Source: a virus
Strand: one strand, 5' to 3'
Virus record (IMG/VR): IMGVR_UViG_3300032236_001530
Location: 91,229-155,228 of that record
Length of the DNA: 64,000 nt
Positions 20,154 to 30,829 of the stretch are shown in pieces. The first letter of the stretch is position 1. Each line of letters begins with the position of its first letter. The position numbers and the translations under genes were made by a program. The notes below the pieces were generated by a model. That model saw only the letters and a list, made by a program, of their open reading frames with translations. It was not told where the DNA came from and searched no databases.

Positions 20154-20177
20154 ATATCTCAATTAATATATACATTA

Positions 20178-20870
20178 ATGAAACACTTAAAGAATTTTCA
20201 ATTATTTGAATCTAAAAAAGAAGAGCCTTCTAAAAAGTCTCAAGAAATGATCGATGCTTTTAAGAAAAAGTATGGTACTGAATTAGATGAAAAATTTGAT
20301 GTTGACCAAATAAAATTGATTGAAAGTGCTTTTGAATTTTTTGATAAAAAGTTTATCAAAAATAAAATTGAAAAAATAATACTTGATGACTTGGGTGGTG
20401 TTCATGGTAGATGGTCGGAAACAAAGACTAAAAAACAAATGACACTTAATCCTTCTATATTCAAATTCAAAAAAGAGTTTGAGAATGGTTCTAAAGATAT
20501 CCCTTATAAAGAGTTTGTTATTGTTCATGAGATAGGTCATTGTGTTGACCATGTTGAAAGAGTTTCTTATTCTAAAACATGGCAAGCTATCTCTGGTTGG
20601 AAAAGACTAGATAGAGATAAACCCGTTCCAGAAGGATATGTTAGATATGTGGAAGAAAGAAAAGGTAGAGAAATAGCTGGTCCTAAAAAATCAAACTGGA
20701 TTCATAAAAAAGATGCTTTTTTCTGTAGAAAATATACTTCTAGAAATCCAAGAGAAGATTTTGCGGATTGTTTTGCGTTTGGTGTGTTTGGTGATTGGGA
20801 TAGATTCAAAGGTGAAGGTGGTGAAAAGAAAATGGCTATTATTAAAGCCACATTAAAGAAAGTAGATTAA
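20178..20870 (+). CDS. Zincin-like metallopeptidase with CTS-like N-terminus
   Basis: VHEIGH and downstream REDFAD; starts MKHLKNFQLFES. Confidence 0.7.
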   Translation: MKHLKNFQLFESKKEEPSKKSQEMIDAFKKKYGTELDEKFDVDQIKLIESAFEFFDKKFIKNKIEKIILDDLGGVHGRWSETKTKKQMTLNPSIFKFKKEFENGSKDIPYKEFVIVHEIGHCVDHVERVSYSKTWQAISGWKRLDRDKPVPEGYVRYVEERKGREIAGPKKSNWIHKKDAFFCRKYTSRNPREDFADCFAFGVFGDWDRFKGEGGEKKMAIIKATLKKVD

Positions 20871-21517
20871 TCTAAATCAGCGGCTTGAACCGTATCTTTA
20901 TTGTAAATATAGATTATAATATTAGATATCTTTTCACCTTCTAATAAATCCAATAAATCATCAATATCTGTTGAAGTCTTTGTTAATGATATAGTTTCTG
21001 TTTCTCTCATTTCTTTAGATTTTGTTACTTTCATAGTAAACTCAGCATCTAACATTTTTAATTTACCCTGAACATCTAATAAATCCTCAACTATTTCTTC
21101 ATTTGTGTTATATTTAATACTAACTATATCGACAACAAAAGCACCAAAGTCAAAGTTACCAGAATCTTCAACGTCATCTGTTCTATCTAACAAAGGTTGG
21201 ATACAATCCATTATATCTCTATAATCAACATTTATATTAAAAGCTTGTAGGAATGATTCTTGAGAACCGTCGTGTATTTCATATTGGAAATAATCTTTAT
21301 AATCTTCTTCTACTTGGTCAATAAATTGGTCAAGAAGTGATTTTGTTTTACTCGTAAAAACACCATTACCTGGTCCTTGAACATTTGATTGTAGATTAGA
21401 TTCAATATGATCTATTAAAGGTTTGAATATCTCTTCCCAATCAACCGGATTTGTAAGTGGGCTCATTTCACGAGTTTCACTTTTAGTTTCTAATATAAGT
21501 TTAGAGAATTTTTTCAT
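20867..21517 (-). CDS. Acidic hypothetical protein with CTS-like N-terminus
   Basis: Starts MKKFSKLILE; late promoter 21523-21533. Confidence 0.7.
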   Translation of the reverse strand: MKKFSKLILETKSETREMSPLTNPVDWEEIFKPLIDHIESNLQSNVQGPGNGVFTSKTKSLLDQFIDQVEEDYKDYFQYEIHDGSQESFLQAFNINVDYRDIMDCIQPLLDRTDDVEDSGNFDFGAFVVDIVSIKYNTNEEIVEDLLDVQGKLKMLDAEFTMKVTKSKEMRETETISLTKTSTDIDDLLDLLEGEKISNIIIYIYNKDTVQAADLD

Positions 21518-21543
21518 CTCTTTATATATTAAATACTCAAAAG

Positions 21544-21975
21544 CTATTTCTCGTTTAAGATTTGATTTATTATTTGTTCTCTTTTCATTAATGGATCTTC
21601 TACAAAAACGCCTCTAATCATATAGGATTGATTTTGAGAAATATTTGGCGCATTAGAAACAACATCGTTTGTAATCATAATGTTATACAGTACAAAGAAA
21701 TTATTGGGATTATTAGACATTAATATCTTAAAATCACCAATTGTGTCACATTTGTACGATAAACAAGTATAATTTCTTCCTTTGAACTCAAATGCTGGTG
21801 ATTCAGATATGAAATAAACTCTATCTTCTATATAATTAGCTATTTCAAACAAAATAGATGGTTCAATTACAGATTGAAAGGGTGAAAAATTCATACTATT
21901 TGATGTCTTTTTACAAACTTCTTCATTTATTTTTACAACTCTTTCTTCTTTAGTTAAATGTGAAACTTGTATCAT
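21544..21975 (-). CDS. Hypothetical protein, C-terminal REQIINQIL motif
   Basis: Directly downstream of clpP. Confidence 0.65.
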   Translation of the reverse strand: MIQVSHLTKEERVVKINEEVCKKTSNSMNFSPFQSVIEPSILFEIANYIEDRVYFISESPAFEFKGRNYTCLSYKCDTIGDFKILMSNNPNNFFVLYNIMITNDVVSNAPNISQNQSYMIRGVFVEDPLMKREQIINQILNEK

Positions 21976-21977
21976 TT

Positions 21978-22634
21978 TTATTTTCTTTTTATCACGATAT
22001 CATCAATCATCCCGTACTTCTTAGCATCAACCGCAGTCATCCAATAGTCTCTATCACCGTCCTTACTAACTCTATCATAAGGTTGACCAGTTCTTTCGGA
22101 AATTATTTCATATAATTCCTTCTTTAATGAGTTGATTTCTTTAGCTTCAATTTCCATGTCAGAAGCTTGCTGCATCCAACCACCAAAACCTAAAGGTTGG
22201 TGAATCATCGTTCTACTTCTTTTAAGTGCTTTTCTTTTTCCTTTAGCCCCTGCGCATAAAATAACAGCTCCCATAGATGCTGCTAGACCAGTATTAATTG
22301 TTACAATATCTGGTGTTACATATTCCATAACATCTAAAAGACCTAAACCAGAGTAAACTGACCCACCAGGTGAGTCTATATAAATTTTAATATCTTCGTC
22401 ACTTTCACTTTCTAAATAAAGTAGTTGAGCTTTGATGATGTTACATACATCCGAATCAATCTCATCGGATAAAAAAATGATTCTATCATCTAATAATTTT
22501 GAAAAGATATCTACTGGTAACCCATTAGATTCTATGAGATGTGAATTTACACTCTTTTTATTTAACTTTCTAAAGTAGTCATCTATCTTTGTCCCACTAA
22601 TACTTTGCATTGCATATTTTCTAAAATCATTCAT
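21978..22634 (-). CDS. clpP: ATP-dependent Clp protease proteolytic subunit
   Basis: DIFSKLLDDRIIFL, YIDSPGGSV, GLAASMG, MIHQP, DRDYWM. Confidence 0.95.
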   Translation of the reverse strand: MNDFRKYAMQSISGTKIDDYFRKLNKKSVNSHLIESNGLPVDIFSKLLDDRIIFLSDEIDSDVCNIIKAQLLYLESESDEDIKIYIDSPGGSVYSGLGLLDVMEYVTPDIVTINTGLAASMGAVILCAGAKGKRKALKRSRTMIHQPLGFGGWMQQASDMEIEAKEINSLKKELYEIISERTGQPYDRVSKDGDRDYWMTAVDAKKYGMIDDIVIKRK

Positions 22635-22747
22635 TTATCTAAAGAGTTTTTTATTTTTATTCAATAATATAATAAAAGTTTACTATGTAAATAAAAGAGA
22701 AAAATGAGGTTACATATTTAATATATACTAAAAAATAATATAATATT

Positions 22748-23083
22748 ATGAAAACTACAATAGAAATTAAAGGTTATCAAATAGTTATTGACGAAACTGA
22801 AGAAATGGTTACCGTTACTGCTATGAAAGATGACGAAACTGTAGAGGAATTTACTTTAGATTTAGGTGAAGAAGCTCAAGGTGAAGAAGAAGCTCAAGGT
22901 GAAGAAGGTATCAAATCATTTGATGATTTTGGTGGTGAAGAAGAAGACTTCGGTGATGAAGAAGATGAAGAAGGAATGGAAGATGAAGAATCTGAAGAAG
23001 GCGCTCAAGAAATGGAAGATGGTGAAGAGGAAGAAGAATCTAAATTAGAATCATTCCAATCTTTTATCAATAAAAAGAAGTAA
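22748..23083 (+). CDS. Highly acidic protein (possible prohead core/internal protein)
   Basis: Glu/Asp-rich; internal GIKSFDDF and C-terminal KLESFQSFINKKK; late promoter 22717-22727. Confidence 0.65.
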   Translation: MKTTIEIKGYQIVIDETEEMVTVTAMKDDETVEEFTLDLGEEAQGEEEAQGEEGIKSFDDFGGEEEDFGDEEDEEGMEDEESEEGAQEMEDGEEEEESKLESFQSFINKKK

Positions 23084-23092
23084 TTTTTAACA

Positions 23093-24142
23093 ATGGTTAA
23101 AAAATTCAATCAATATATTTCAGAAAGTAATTCTGATTACTTGCTATACTATGCCTTTGACTGGGATGATAATATACTTTATATGCCTACTGTAATCCAC
23201 ATGGAAAGAAAAGAAGGTAATGAGTGGGTACCAGAAGATGTTTCTACTTCTAAATTTGCAGAAGTTAGAAATGACAAAGAAAATTATAGACTAACAAATG
23301 ACGCTTTCTCTGACTTTAGAGACACGGGTCCAAAAGGTGGTTCTATCTTTTTAGAAGATGCTAAAAAGGCAATATCCGCTGGTAAGTTTGGTCCAGCTTG
23401 GCATGATTTTATTGAATGTTTATCAAATGGTTCTTTATTTGCTATCATAACAGCTCGTGGTCATGAGTCTGAAACTATGAGAAAAGGAGTAGAGTGGATA
23501 ATAGATAATATTCTAACAGAAGAACAAGTTTATAGTATGTATAATCATCTTATGATGTATGCTTATCATTTTTCTCAGGATAGAGGAGAATCTCAAGAAA
23601 GAGTTTTAGTTGGTAAACCATCTGAAAATAAATTGGTTAAAGAATATTTAGACAATTGTGATTTTATTGGGGTGTCAGCACCTTCAAGAGGTGGTTCGCC
23701 TGCAAATCCGGAAAAGTCTAAAGAAGAAGCTCTTCTTACATTTCAACATAAAATTGATGAATTTGCTGCAAAAAGAGGTCTTAAAGCAAAAATTGGTTTC
23801 TCTGATGATGACTTAAAGAATGTTAAGCACATTGAAGATTTATATGCTAACCTATCAAAAGAAAGATTTCCAAATATTACTGAGTTTATAGTAAAAGGAA
23901 CTAAGGATCCTAAAAATATTACTAAAACTATCAGAACTATGGAATCATCTGAACAAACTCCTGGTTTGGAATCATCAGTTCTTAAATTCACAGAATTTGG
24001 AAATATGACAGGTCAATTATACCCACAAGGCCCTGACCAAAGACAAGATGATTTTGCTAATCAATTCAAAAGACAAACTAAATATCTAACTAAAACATCA
24101 AAGGAAATTTTAGGTGATAAAAAACGTAAAAAAAAAGATTAA
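23093..24142 (+). CDS. HAD-superfamily phosphatase-like protein with CTS-like N-terminus
   Basis: FDWDDNI motif I, ITARGH motif II, GFSDDD motif IV; starts MVKKFNQYISES. Confidence 0.7.
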   Translation: MVKKFNQYISESNSDYLLYYAFDWDDNILYMPTVIHMERKEGNEWVPEDVSTSKFAEVRNDKENYRLTNDAFSDFRDTGPKGGSIFLEDAKKAISAGKFGPAWHDFIECLSNGSLFAIITARGHESETMRKGVEWIIDNILTEEQVYSMYNHLMMYAYHFSQDRGESQERVLVGKPSENKLVKEYLDNCDFIGVSAPSRGGSPANPEKSKEEALLTFQHKIDEFAAKRGLKAKIGFSDDDLKNVKHIEDLYANLSKERFPNITEFIVKGTKDPKNITKTIRTMESSEQTPGLESSVLKFTEFGNMTGQLYPQGPDQRQDDFANQFKRQTKYLTKTSKEILGDKKRKKKD

Positions 24143-24184
24143 CTGAAATCTCAAAAGGTTATAAAGTTAATCCAGTTAATAAAT

Positions 24185-24216
24185 AAAAAAACCCACTCAA
24201 TTTGAGTGGGTTTTTT
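24185..24216. terminator. Bidirectional intrinsic terminator
   Basis: AAAAAACCCACTCAA-T-TTGAGTGGGTTTTTT. Confidence 0.85.
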
Positions 24217-24235
24217 GTTTTATTTAATATCAGTA

Positions 24236-26182
24236 TTAGTTTGATACTAATGTTACTGTTATTGGTGATCCAGCTGTAAATGGTGCTCCTGCAGTTTGTA
24301 TTTGTGTAGCACCTGTCATTATAAATTGACCTAGGTTTTGGTAACCCGATGTGTATATTATATTAGCAGCAGGTACCGTATAGATAGCTGAATGTCCTCC
24401 TTGTGTCAATGTTAATGTACCACCATTAGCATCCATGGATGTTAAAACAGATGAAGCATCCGCACTATACATATCATAGCCAAATAGTGAGATATTATAT
24501 GGAGCTCTTACACCATTTTCTGTTCTAAAGTCTGGATTCAATGTATTGACATATCCTATACCTGTAGCCCCATTTTTATTCATAGTCATTTTACCAGCTG
24601 AATTAGGTGTAGTTAATGAGCCACTTTCAGTACCTGATAATAGATAAGTAAATGTTCCAGATGATGCACCACCTCCGCCACCAGAAGCAGATATTATTAT
24701 ATTTAAGTCAATTGATAGTCCATATGTGAATGGAGTTGAAGCACTAGCAACCATAGTAGCATTTTGAGTTGGTATAGCAAGGTAGGATTGAGTTCCAGAT
24801 CCACCAACACTTGCAATGTTTTGTCCAAGTGTATAAACAGCTTGATTTGAACCTTGAGCTATGGATATTGTACCACCATTTGATTTTAAATTATTAAATT
24901 GTGTTGTGTAATCTGTTCCATTATTTCCTATAACATTAAAGTAAAGATTATTATTAGCACCACCAGATATTTTATTTGGACTAAATGTGTTGTAAGAACT
25001 GTATGTACCACCATTGACTACAAATATAGCATTGCTTTTATTAATAGGTGGACCTACTGTTATAATACCCTCAGTTGATTGATAGAAGAACCAAGAACCT
25101 GTAGCACCAGACGAACCACTAGAACCTGATGATCCACTAGATCCCGACGAGCCACTAGATCCTGATGATCCAGCTGAGCCACCAATATGTAGCGTCATTG
25201 ACCCATAGTTAGAACCAGTTCCCCAATGGTAAACATAATCACCATTTGTTACTCCTAGGTCAGATAGTGTTTTATTATTAAATGTTGTGCTACCTGAAAT
25301 TACACCACTTGTATAACCAGTTGGTACAACTAAATATCTATTACTACTAGTAAGCCCATCACCAATCAAACCAAATCCACTTCCCGAACCAGTAGAACCA
25401 CCCATTCCAGAACCTGTACCAAAACTAAATGTACCTAGTGATGGTCCTGTGTATCTATCAACATTATACCAAGATCCACTATAGAATGTTCCTGTGTCAG
25501 GTCCTATACCTCCTTGACCGATTGGAATATTATCAATATATGTTAAATCACCAAGATTAAAACTACCGGTACCTATTAAAATAACATCAGATCCTATTTG
25601 AGTTAATGTTATTATAAAACTAGATGTACCACCTGAACCACTAGATCCTGAAGATCCGCTTGATCCGGAAGATCCACTTGATCCGGAAGATCCTGAAGAT
25701 CCACTTGAACCACTTGATCCGGATGTACCTGAACTACCTGAAGTACCGGATGAACCACTTGAACCACTAGATCCTGAAGATCCGCTTGAACCAGAAGATC
25801 CGCTTGATCCAAGATTTAAGAGTCCAAAATTACCACTATTATTTAGCCAATTTTTTGCTGAATTGATATCAAGAAATGATTGAGTATTACCTGGTAATCT
25901 ATTGATTAGTTCTAATAAAGCAGCATCTGTTTTACCTTTACTTCTAAAAAATGTAGGTTTATAAGCTAATGCTGTGGAATTTCCATTACCAGCTGGTCTA
26001 CCATATAGATTTGTTGAACTTGTATCAGAGTAAATTACATATCCTGCGTCATCACTAACACCTCCATACCAACCACCAGTTGTATAGTCAACTTGTCCTA
26101 TAGCAATAGCTAAGGTTCCTATTTGTGTAGCCCCTGGTATATAAGTACCACTTGGGTTATATTTTACATCATATATAGCCAT
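24236..26182 (-). CDS. Virion surface/fibre-like protein with (GSS)n linkers
   Basis: Two Gly-Ser-Ser tracts (about 25629-25810 and 25099-25180) separating beta-rich domains; late promoter 26206-26216. Confidence 0.7.
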   Translation of the reverse strand: MAIYDVKYNPSGTYIPGATQIGTLAIAIGQVDYTTGGWYGGVSDDAGYVIYSDTSSTNLYGRPAGNGNSTALAYKPTFFRSKGKTDAALLELINRLPGNTQSFLDINSAKNWLNNSGNFGLLNLGSSGSSGSSGSSGSSGSSGSSGTSGSSGTSGSSGSSGSSGSSGSSGSSGSSGSSGSSGSGGTSSFIITLTQIGSDVILIGTGSFNLGDLTYIDNIPIGQGGIGPDTGTFYSGSWYNVDRYTGPSLGTFSFGTGSGMGGSTGSGSGFGLIGDGLTSSNRYLVVPTGYTSGVISGSTTFNNKTLSDLGVTNGDYVYHWGTGSNYGSMTLHIGGSAGSSGSSGSSGSSGSSGSSGSSGATGSWFFYQSTEGIITVGPPINKSNAIFVVNGGTYSSYNTFSPNKISGGANNNLYFNVIGNNGTDYTTQFNNLKSNGGTISIAQGSNQAVYTLGQNIASVGGSGTQSYLAIPTQNATMVASASTPFTYGLSIDLNIIISASGGGGGASSGTFTYLLSGTESGSLTTPNSAGKMTMNKNGATGIGYVNTLNPDFRTENGVRAPYNISLFGYDMYSADASSVLTSMDANGGTLTLTQGGHSAIYTVPAANIIYTSGYQNLGQFIMTGATQIQTAGAPFTAGSPITVTLVSN

Positions 26183-26241
26183 ATATTAAGTTTTAATTTA
26201 TAACGTATATATTAAAAATCAAAACTTAATATATAGTGAAT

Positions 26242-28104
26242 ATGAAATTTTTATCAAGCTACTTAGATTTTATTTTTGAGGCGGTCACTAAACAAGAAAT
26301 GAGACTTTATTTCTCAGATGAGTTTAGAGATATGTTGAGAAGATTTCAAGATAAATCAAGTATTGCACAAGCTTTATTAAGCTCAGAAGATTCTAATCAA
26401 ATGACTGATGTCTATACTCTAATAGATATCACTGAAAAGAATGATACAATTTCATTAATACAAGTAAATAGAATAACCAGAGCCAATCCCGAATTAGGCG
26501 AAACATTACCATATAACATTCGTAATAAGAAAAGAGGAAGTGAATTTTGGACTAAAGCAAGAACTGAAATAGGTATTGGTAGATGGGTTAGAAGAATATT
26601 TACCGAAGTTCATAAATCAACTATACTGGATTCTAAAATTGAAGAGTTTGTTAATTTATACAAGGCGGCCTTTGATGGTGGTGATGTATCAAGGTTTGAA
26701 TTGGTTAGTGGAGAGGATATTAGAAAATGGTATTATGAGAATAATTATGAGGAAAAAAGAGGTCAATTAGGAAACTCTTGTATGAGGTACTTTAGTTGTC
26801 AAAGTTATTTTGATATTTATGTTAAAAATCCTGAAGTTTGTAAATTACTTATTTTAAAATCTGAAAGTGAACCAAATAAAATTACAGGTAGAGCTTTGGT
26901 ATGGAAGTTAATAGATGGATCTTATTATATGGATAGAATCTATACTATAAATGATTCTGATAGATTTCTATTTAAAGACTATGCAAAGAAAAACAATATT
27001 GAGAACTTACACGAAGATAAATTTGATATCACTGTTCAATTAGGGGATCATACATACACTAAATATCCATATATGGATACCTTTGTTGTTTATAATCCAA
27101 AAACTAAAATTTTAAAAGATGATGAGGATTTATGGCCTAATAATGGTTATATTAAACTACAAAGCACGAATGGTGGATTTTCCTCTGATGATGTTGTTTA
27201 TTCAGAATGGCATGGTGAATATATCAATAGACAAAATGCGGTTTATTGTAGTAATGTCGAGGATTGGTTAGACAGAGATGAAGCAAAATATTTAGAATAT
27301 AAAGATATATGGGTAGCACCAAATGATGATGTTGTTTACTCAGAATACCACTCAGAGTATTTCCTTATGGATGATACTGTTTATTCTGATTTAATGAATG
27401 ATACACTATATCCAGATAGTAAAGATGTTATAGATATACAAATTAATTCAGATGGTGATACAGATTGGGGTGTTAAATCAAGAACCGATCTTTATATAAT
27501 AGGATGGGTAGATGAAAGACCTAGATATTACCTAAGAGAAAACTATATTAAAAATCCTTTTACTGGTGAATATCATTTCAAAGATGAAGATATAGATGGT
27601 GTTAAATTTAGTAATTATTTAGATAAAAAAATAGCTGAGAAATTAGATATTGTATTAGATGATAAAAACACTGATAGAAATGGTAAACCACATGATTCAT
27701 TGGTTCAAAAAGTAAGAGTAGAATTAAAAAATCTAATGAAAGATTTTGAAATCACAGACAATATAAAAGAAGCTATTGATAACAATAATATTTGGAATAA
27801 TAGTGTTAGAAATGTTTTTTGGGGATTACATAAAGATAATATGCCAACTGAAGAAGATATGTTTTTGGTAATTAAAGCTTATCCAACAATCTATCCTATG
27901 TCTAATCCATATGTACAATTTATGAGTTTAACTTGGAATAAACTTATGACAACAATAATTGAAGACTTTTCAGGAAGTGAAAAGAAGTTCAATATATTTA
28001 AATCAGAAGGTATATTAAGAAATATGACTAAAGCCGCTTATATCTTTGACTATTCTTTATTTCCTGAAGAAATTTATCTTAGATACTTATTTATCACTAT
28101 CTAA
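26242..28104 (+). CDS. Conserved phage protein (SCM/GRALVW/MDRIY/YPYMDT family) with CTS-like N-terminus; paralog of 44151
   Basis: Shared motifs with 44151..45281; ATG 26242 lies 6 nt after TTAATATATA. Confidence 0.75.
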   Translation: MKFLSSYLDFIFEAVTKQEMRLYFSDEFRDMLRRFQDKSSIAQALLSSEDSNQMTDVYTLIDITEKNDTISLIQVNRITRANPELGETLPYNIRNKKRGSEFWTKARTEIGIGRWVRRIFTEVHKSTILDSKIEEFVNLYKAAFDGGDVSRFELVSGEDIRKWYYENNYEEKRGQLGNSCMRYFSCQSYFDIYVKNPEVCKLLILKSESEPNKITGRALVWKLIDGSYYMDRIYTINDSDRFLFKDYAKKNNIENLHEDKFDITVQLGDHTYTKYPYMDTFVVYNPKTKILKDDEDLWPNNGYIKLQSTNGGFSSDDVVYSEWHGEYINRQNAVYCSNVEDWLDRDEAKYLEYKDIWVAPNDDVVYSEYHSEYFLMDDTVYSDLMNDTLYPDSKDVIDIQINSDGDTDWGVKSRTDLYIIGWVDERPRYYLRENYIKNPFTGEYHFKDEDIDGVKFSNYLDKKIAEKLDIVLDDKNTDRNGKPHDSLVQKVRVELKNLMKDFEITDNIKEAIDNNNIWNNSVRNVFWGLHKDNMPTEEDMFLVIKAYPTIYPMSNPYVQFMSLTWNKLMTTIIEDFSGSEKKFNIFKSEGILRNMTKAAYIFDYSLFPEEIYLRYLFITI

Positions 28105-28425
28105 TATATCATCAAGTTTCTTAGCTCTAACTTCTTGAGTGGTGTTATTAGAGCCTGTTTCCCATTTTACTTTATATTCTTGAATGAACTTTTTAGCATC
28201 TTCCAAATTTTTATATTCTTTACCATGTCTAGCAATACTATCAAAAGTTGCTTCTTGCATATAATCACATAACTCAGATGTTAATTTGAGACTATTATTA
28301 TTGGTATTACCATATGAAATAACATAGTACTTCCATTCTACTCTTGTAGTTGAGAATATACCATAAACACCTATGTTTGAATGGTCTTTTATTTTTTCCT
28401 CGTATAAAAATCTACCTTTTTGCAT
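28087..28425 (-). CDS. Hypothetical protein, C-terminal RAKKLDDIL motif
   Basis: Translationally coupled to the upstream ORF. Confidence 0.65.
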   Translation of the reverse strand: MQKGRFLYEEKIKDHSNIGVYGIFSTTRVEWKYYVISYGNTNNNSLKLTSELCDYMQEATFDSIARHGKEYKNLEDAKKFIQEYKVKWETGSNNTTQEVRAKKLDDILDSDK

Positions 28426-28661
28426 TATTTTATAAATTGATCTATTTTAATATCTCTTTCGATTGCTTGTTGATTCATATGATACCACCTACGAAAATCA
28501 TGAGAGTAATAAATGAATTCTTTTACTGTACCATCTTCGTTAGTTTCGGCTTGACAAGCTTGACCCATTATAAATTGATTCCAACTTTCTTTCCAGATTT
28601 CCGGAATATCAGAGTCTCTAACGTTTCTACCTTCCTCATAAACTTGTCTTAAATTTTTCAT
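28425..28661 (-). CDS. Hypothetical protein, C-terminal RDIKIDQFI motif
   Basis: ATG at 28661, 3 nt after a TATATTTG box. Confidence 0.65.
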   Translation of the reverse strand: MKNLRQVYEEGRNVRDSDIPEIWKESWNQFIMGQACQAETNEDGTVKEFIYYSHDFRRWYHMNQQAIERDIKIDQFIK

Positions 28662-28664
28662 ATA

Positions 28665-28672
28665 CAAATATA
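28665..28672 (-). promoter_or_regulatory. Bacteroidota-type -7 promoter box TATATTTG
   Basis: Matches TAnnTTTG; also at 37952, 41358, 44075, 50207 and 54172. Confidence 0.65.
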
Positions 28673-29584
28673 CTAATTTATTTCAATATTTAATATTTTA
28701 AATATTTTGTTTTTCTTTTTATATGATATTCTTATTAGCTTAATATCATTTTCTAAACACCAATTACTCTTAATATCATCATTTATTTTTATTCTTTTTA
28801 GTGTCAATTCACCACCAAATATTTCAGACGGTCTATAGTGTAGTTCACCATCATATTCTATACATATTTTATAATCAGGTAAATAGAAATCAAATGGTAA
28901 CTCTTTGATATTTTTACAAGTTTCAAATTTCTTTTCTCTTATATAACTAATTGAATTTTTATCTAGAAATTCTTTTATCTTTTTTTCACCAAATGATTTT
29001 CTATTAGTTTCACATCCTAAAAAATCCACATATCCTTTCCAATTGTCTCTATAGACATAATCGGGTCTTTTGGGTAAAAACTCTATATTATTATCTTCTA
29101 TGTAATTTATATACTCAGATTGTTGTGTAAATTTTATATCATTTATAAATTTTTTAGCTTCCTCATATGTTAAAAATAAATTACGTTTATGTATAGGTGG
29201 TGTCTTTTTAATAGATAAGAAATTCTGCCAACCCTCCCATTTATTTTGCTTTTTATAAACATGATCTGGTCTATTTGGTATTTTTTTATCAATATTTACT
29301 TTAGTGAACTCATAAAAGTCTCCCCTATTGCTAAATTTCATCTCACTAATTATTGATTTACAATACTCATAATCATAATACTCTCTATTATTATAACTTT
29401 CAATACCTGAATCTAACCAATCTGACAGTGATACCCATTCATTTTTATAATATACATTAGGATTTGATGGAATTTTATAAATCTTTGACTTACCCTTTAT
29501 CCAATTATCCCATTCTTTTTTACTTTTTAATCTTTGTTTTCTGACAACTTTTCTAGCATCTTTGAATAACAAATACATAAACAA
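28673..29584 (-). mobile_element. Putative homing endonuclease: tandem helical repeats plus Vsr/DUF559-like PD-(D/E)XK domain
   Basis: Three repeats of the type YEEAK..P.RPD.VY...W.GW..FL; SFGEKKI..PFDFYLP..CIEYDGELHY. Confidence 0.7.
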
Positions 29585-29593
29585 TCTTGTGTT

Positions 29594-29611
29594 TTTTAAT
29601 ATATATTAAAA
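29594..29611. promoter_or_regulatory. Palindromic TTTTAATATATATTAAAA giving late-type boxes on both strands
   Basis: Perfect 18-bp palindrome between the divergent endonuclease and primase genes. Confidence 0.6.
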
Positions 29612-29638
29612 TCGTGTGCCCCTATTGTAAAAATAAAT

Positions 29639-30829
29639 ATGGATCAGAATTATATAAAAGATATTATCCAAAGAGTTCTTAATAAGGAATTTTCTTCTAC
29701 ACATAGAAGAAAAATAGTTCCATATACAGATCGTCTGAATATATGTTGTCCATATTGTGGTGATGGAAAATCAGACCATAAAAAAAGAGGTAACTTCTAC
29801 TACAATCGTCTTATTTACATTTGCTTTAACTGTGATAAGAAAACAACCTTTGATAGATTCTGTAAAGACTTCAATGAACAATTAGATCCTGATAAAAAGT
29901 TAGAAATGATTGAACACTTAAATAGTGTTATGACTTACTCTGACTATGAAGGTGATTTTGTTGATGCCAGATTTGAAAATCTAATTGATATGTCCGAACT
30001 TGAAAGAGTATTTAGTCAAGATTTAACCCCCATTTCAGACTTCAAACCAATTCAAGTGAATGGTGGTGTTTATAAATATTTAGTAGGTCGTGGTATTCCA
30101 CCAGAATATCATAAGAATATCTATCAAGCTAAATACTGGAAGAATGAAGATGAATCTGAATGGATTATCGCTCTGTTAAATCGTAGAGGTGATAAAGTTT
30201 TAGGTATGCAGATTCGTAACTTAAAAGAAGGTAAAAGAAGAACATTTAAAATCTATAATTATGAGAATCTTTTAGAGTGGGTTAGTCTTGGTAAAGATTT
30301 ACCTGAGCCGGATATGAATGATTTAGTTATTTATAATAAGCTATCTTATTACTTCAATATACTTAATGTTAATCTTGAAAGTAAAATAACCGTATTTGAA
30401 GGTTATCTTGACTCACTTTTCTTTCCTAACTCAATTGGTCTTGTTGGTGTAAACACTGACTTTAGATTTTTAGAGAATAATAACTTAGATTTACAATATT
30501 TCTTTGATAATGACGAGGCTGGTTATAAGAAATCAGAAGAAAAGCTAAAAGAAGGATATCCTATTTTCTTATGGAAGAAATTATTTGAAGATATTGTTAA
30601 TAAAAAGAATGCACCAGATCCATATAGATTATTACATAGAATTAGTAAGGTAAAAGATATTAATAAATTAGCTGAATTGGTTCCGGAACCTTATAAAAAA
30701 CTTGATTTAGATAGCTTCTTTAGTCAAGATATAATGGATATTAAGTGGATTCCTAAGTTTAGGAGAAGAAAAAAGACAGAGGAAGAAACTGATTACAATA
30801 AGAAGTTTGCCAACTTCAAAAATCTTTAA
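29639..30829 (+). CDS. DNA primase, T4 gp61-like
   Basis: CPYCGD..CFNC zinc ribbon; VFEGYLDS and FFDND TOPRIM motifs. Confidence 0.85.
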   Translation: MDQNYIKDIIQRVLNKEFSSTHRRKIVPYTDRLNICCPYCGDGKSDHKKRGNFYYNRLIYICFNCDKKTTFDRFCKDFNEQLDPDKKLEMIEHLNSVMTYSDYEGDFVDARFENLIDMSELERVFSQDLTPISDFKPIQVNGGVYKYLVGRGIPPEYHKNIYQAKYWKNEDESEWIIALLNRRGDKVLGMQIRNLKEGKRRTFKIYNYENLLEWVSLGKDLPEPDMNDLVIYNKLSYYFNILNVNLESKITVFEGYLDSLFFPNSIGLVGVNTDFRFLENNNLDLQYFFDNDEAGYKKSEEKLKEGYPIFLWKKLFEDIVNKKNAPDPYRLLHRISKVKDINKLAELVPEPYKKLDLDSFFSQDIMDIKWIPKFRRRKKTEEETDYNKKFANFKNL

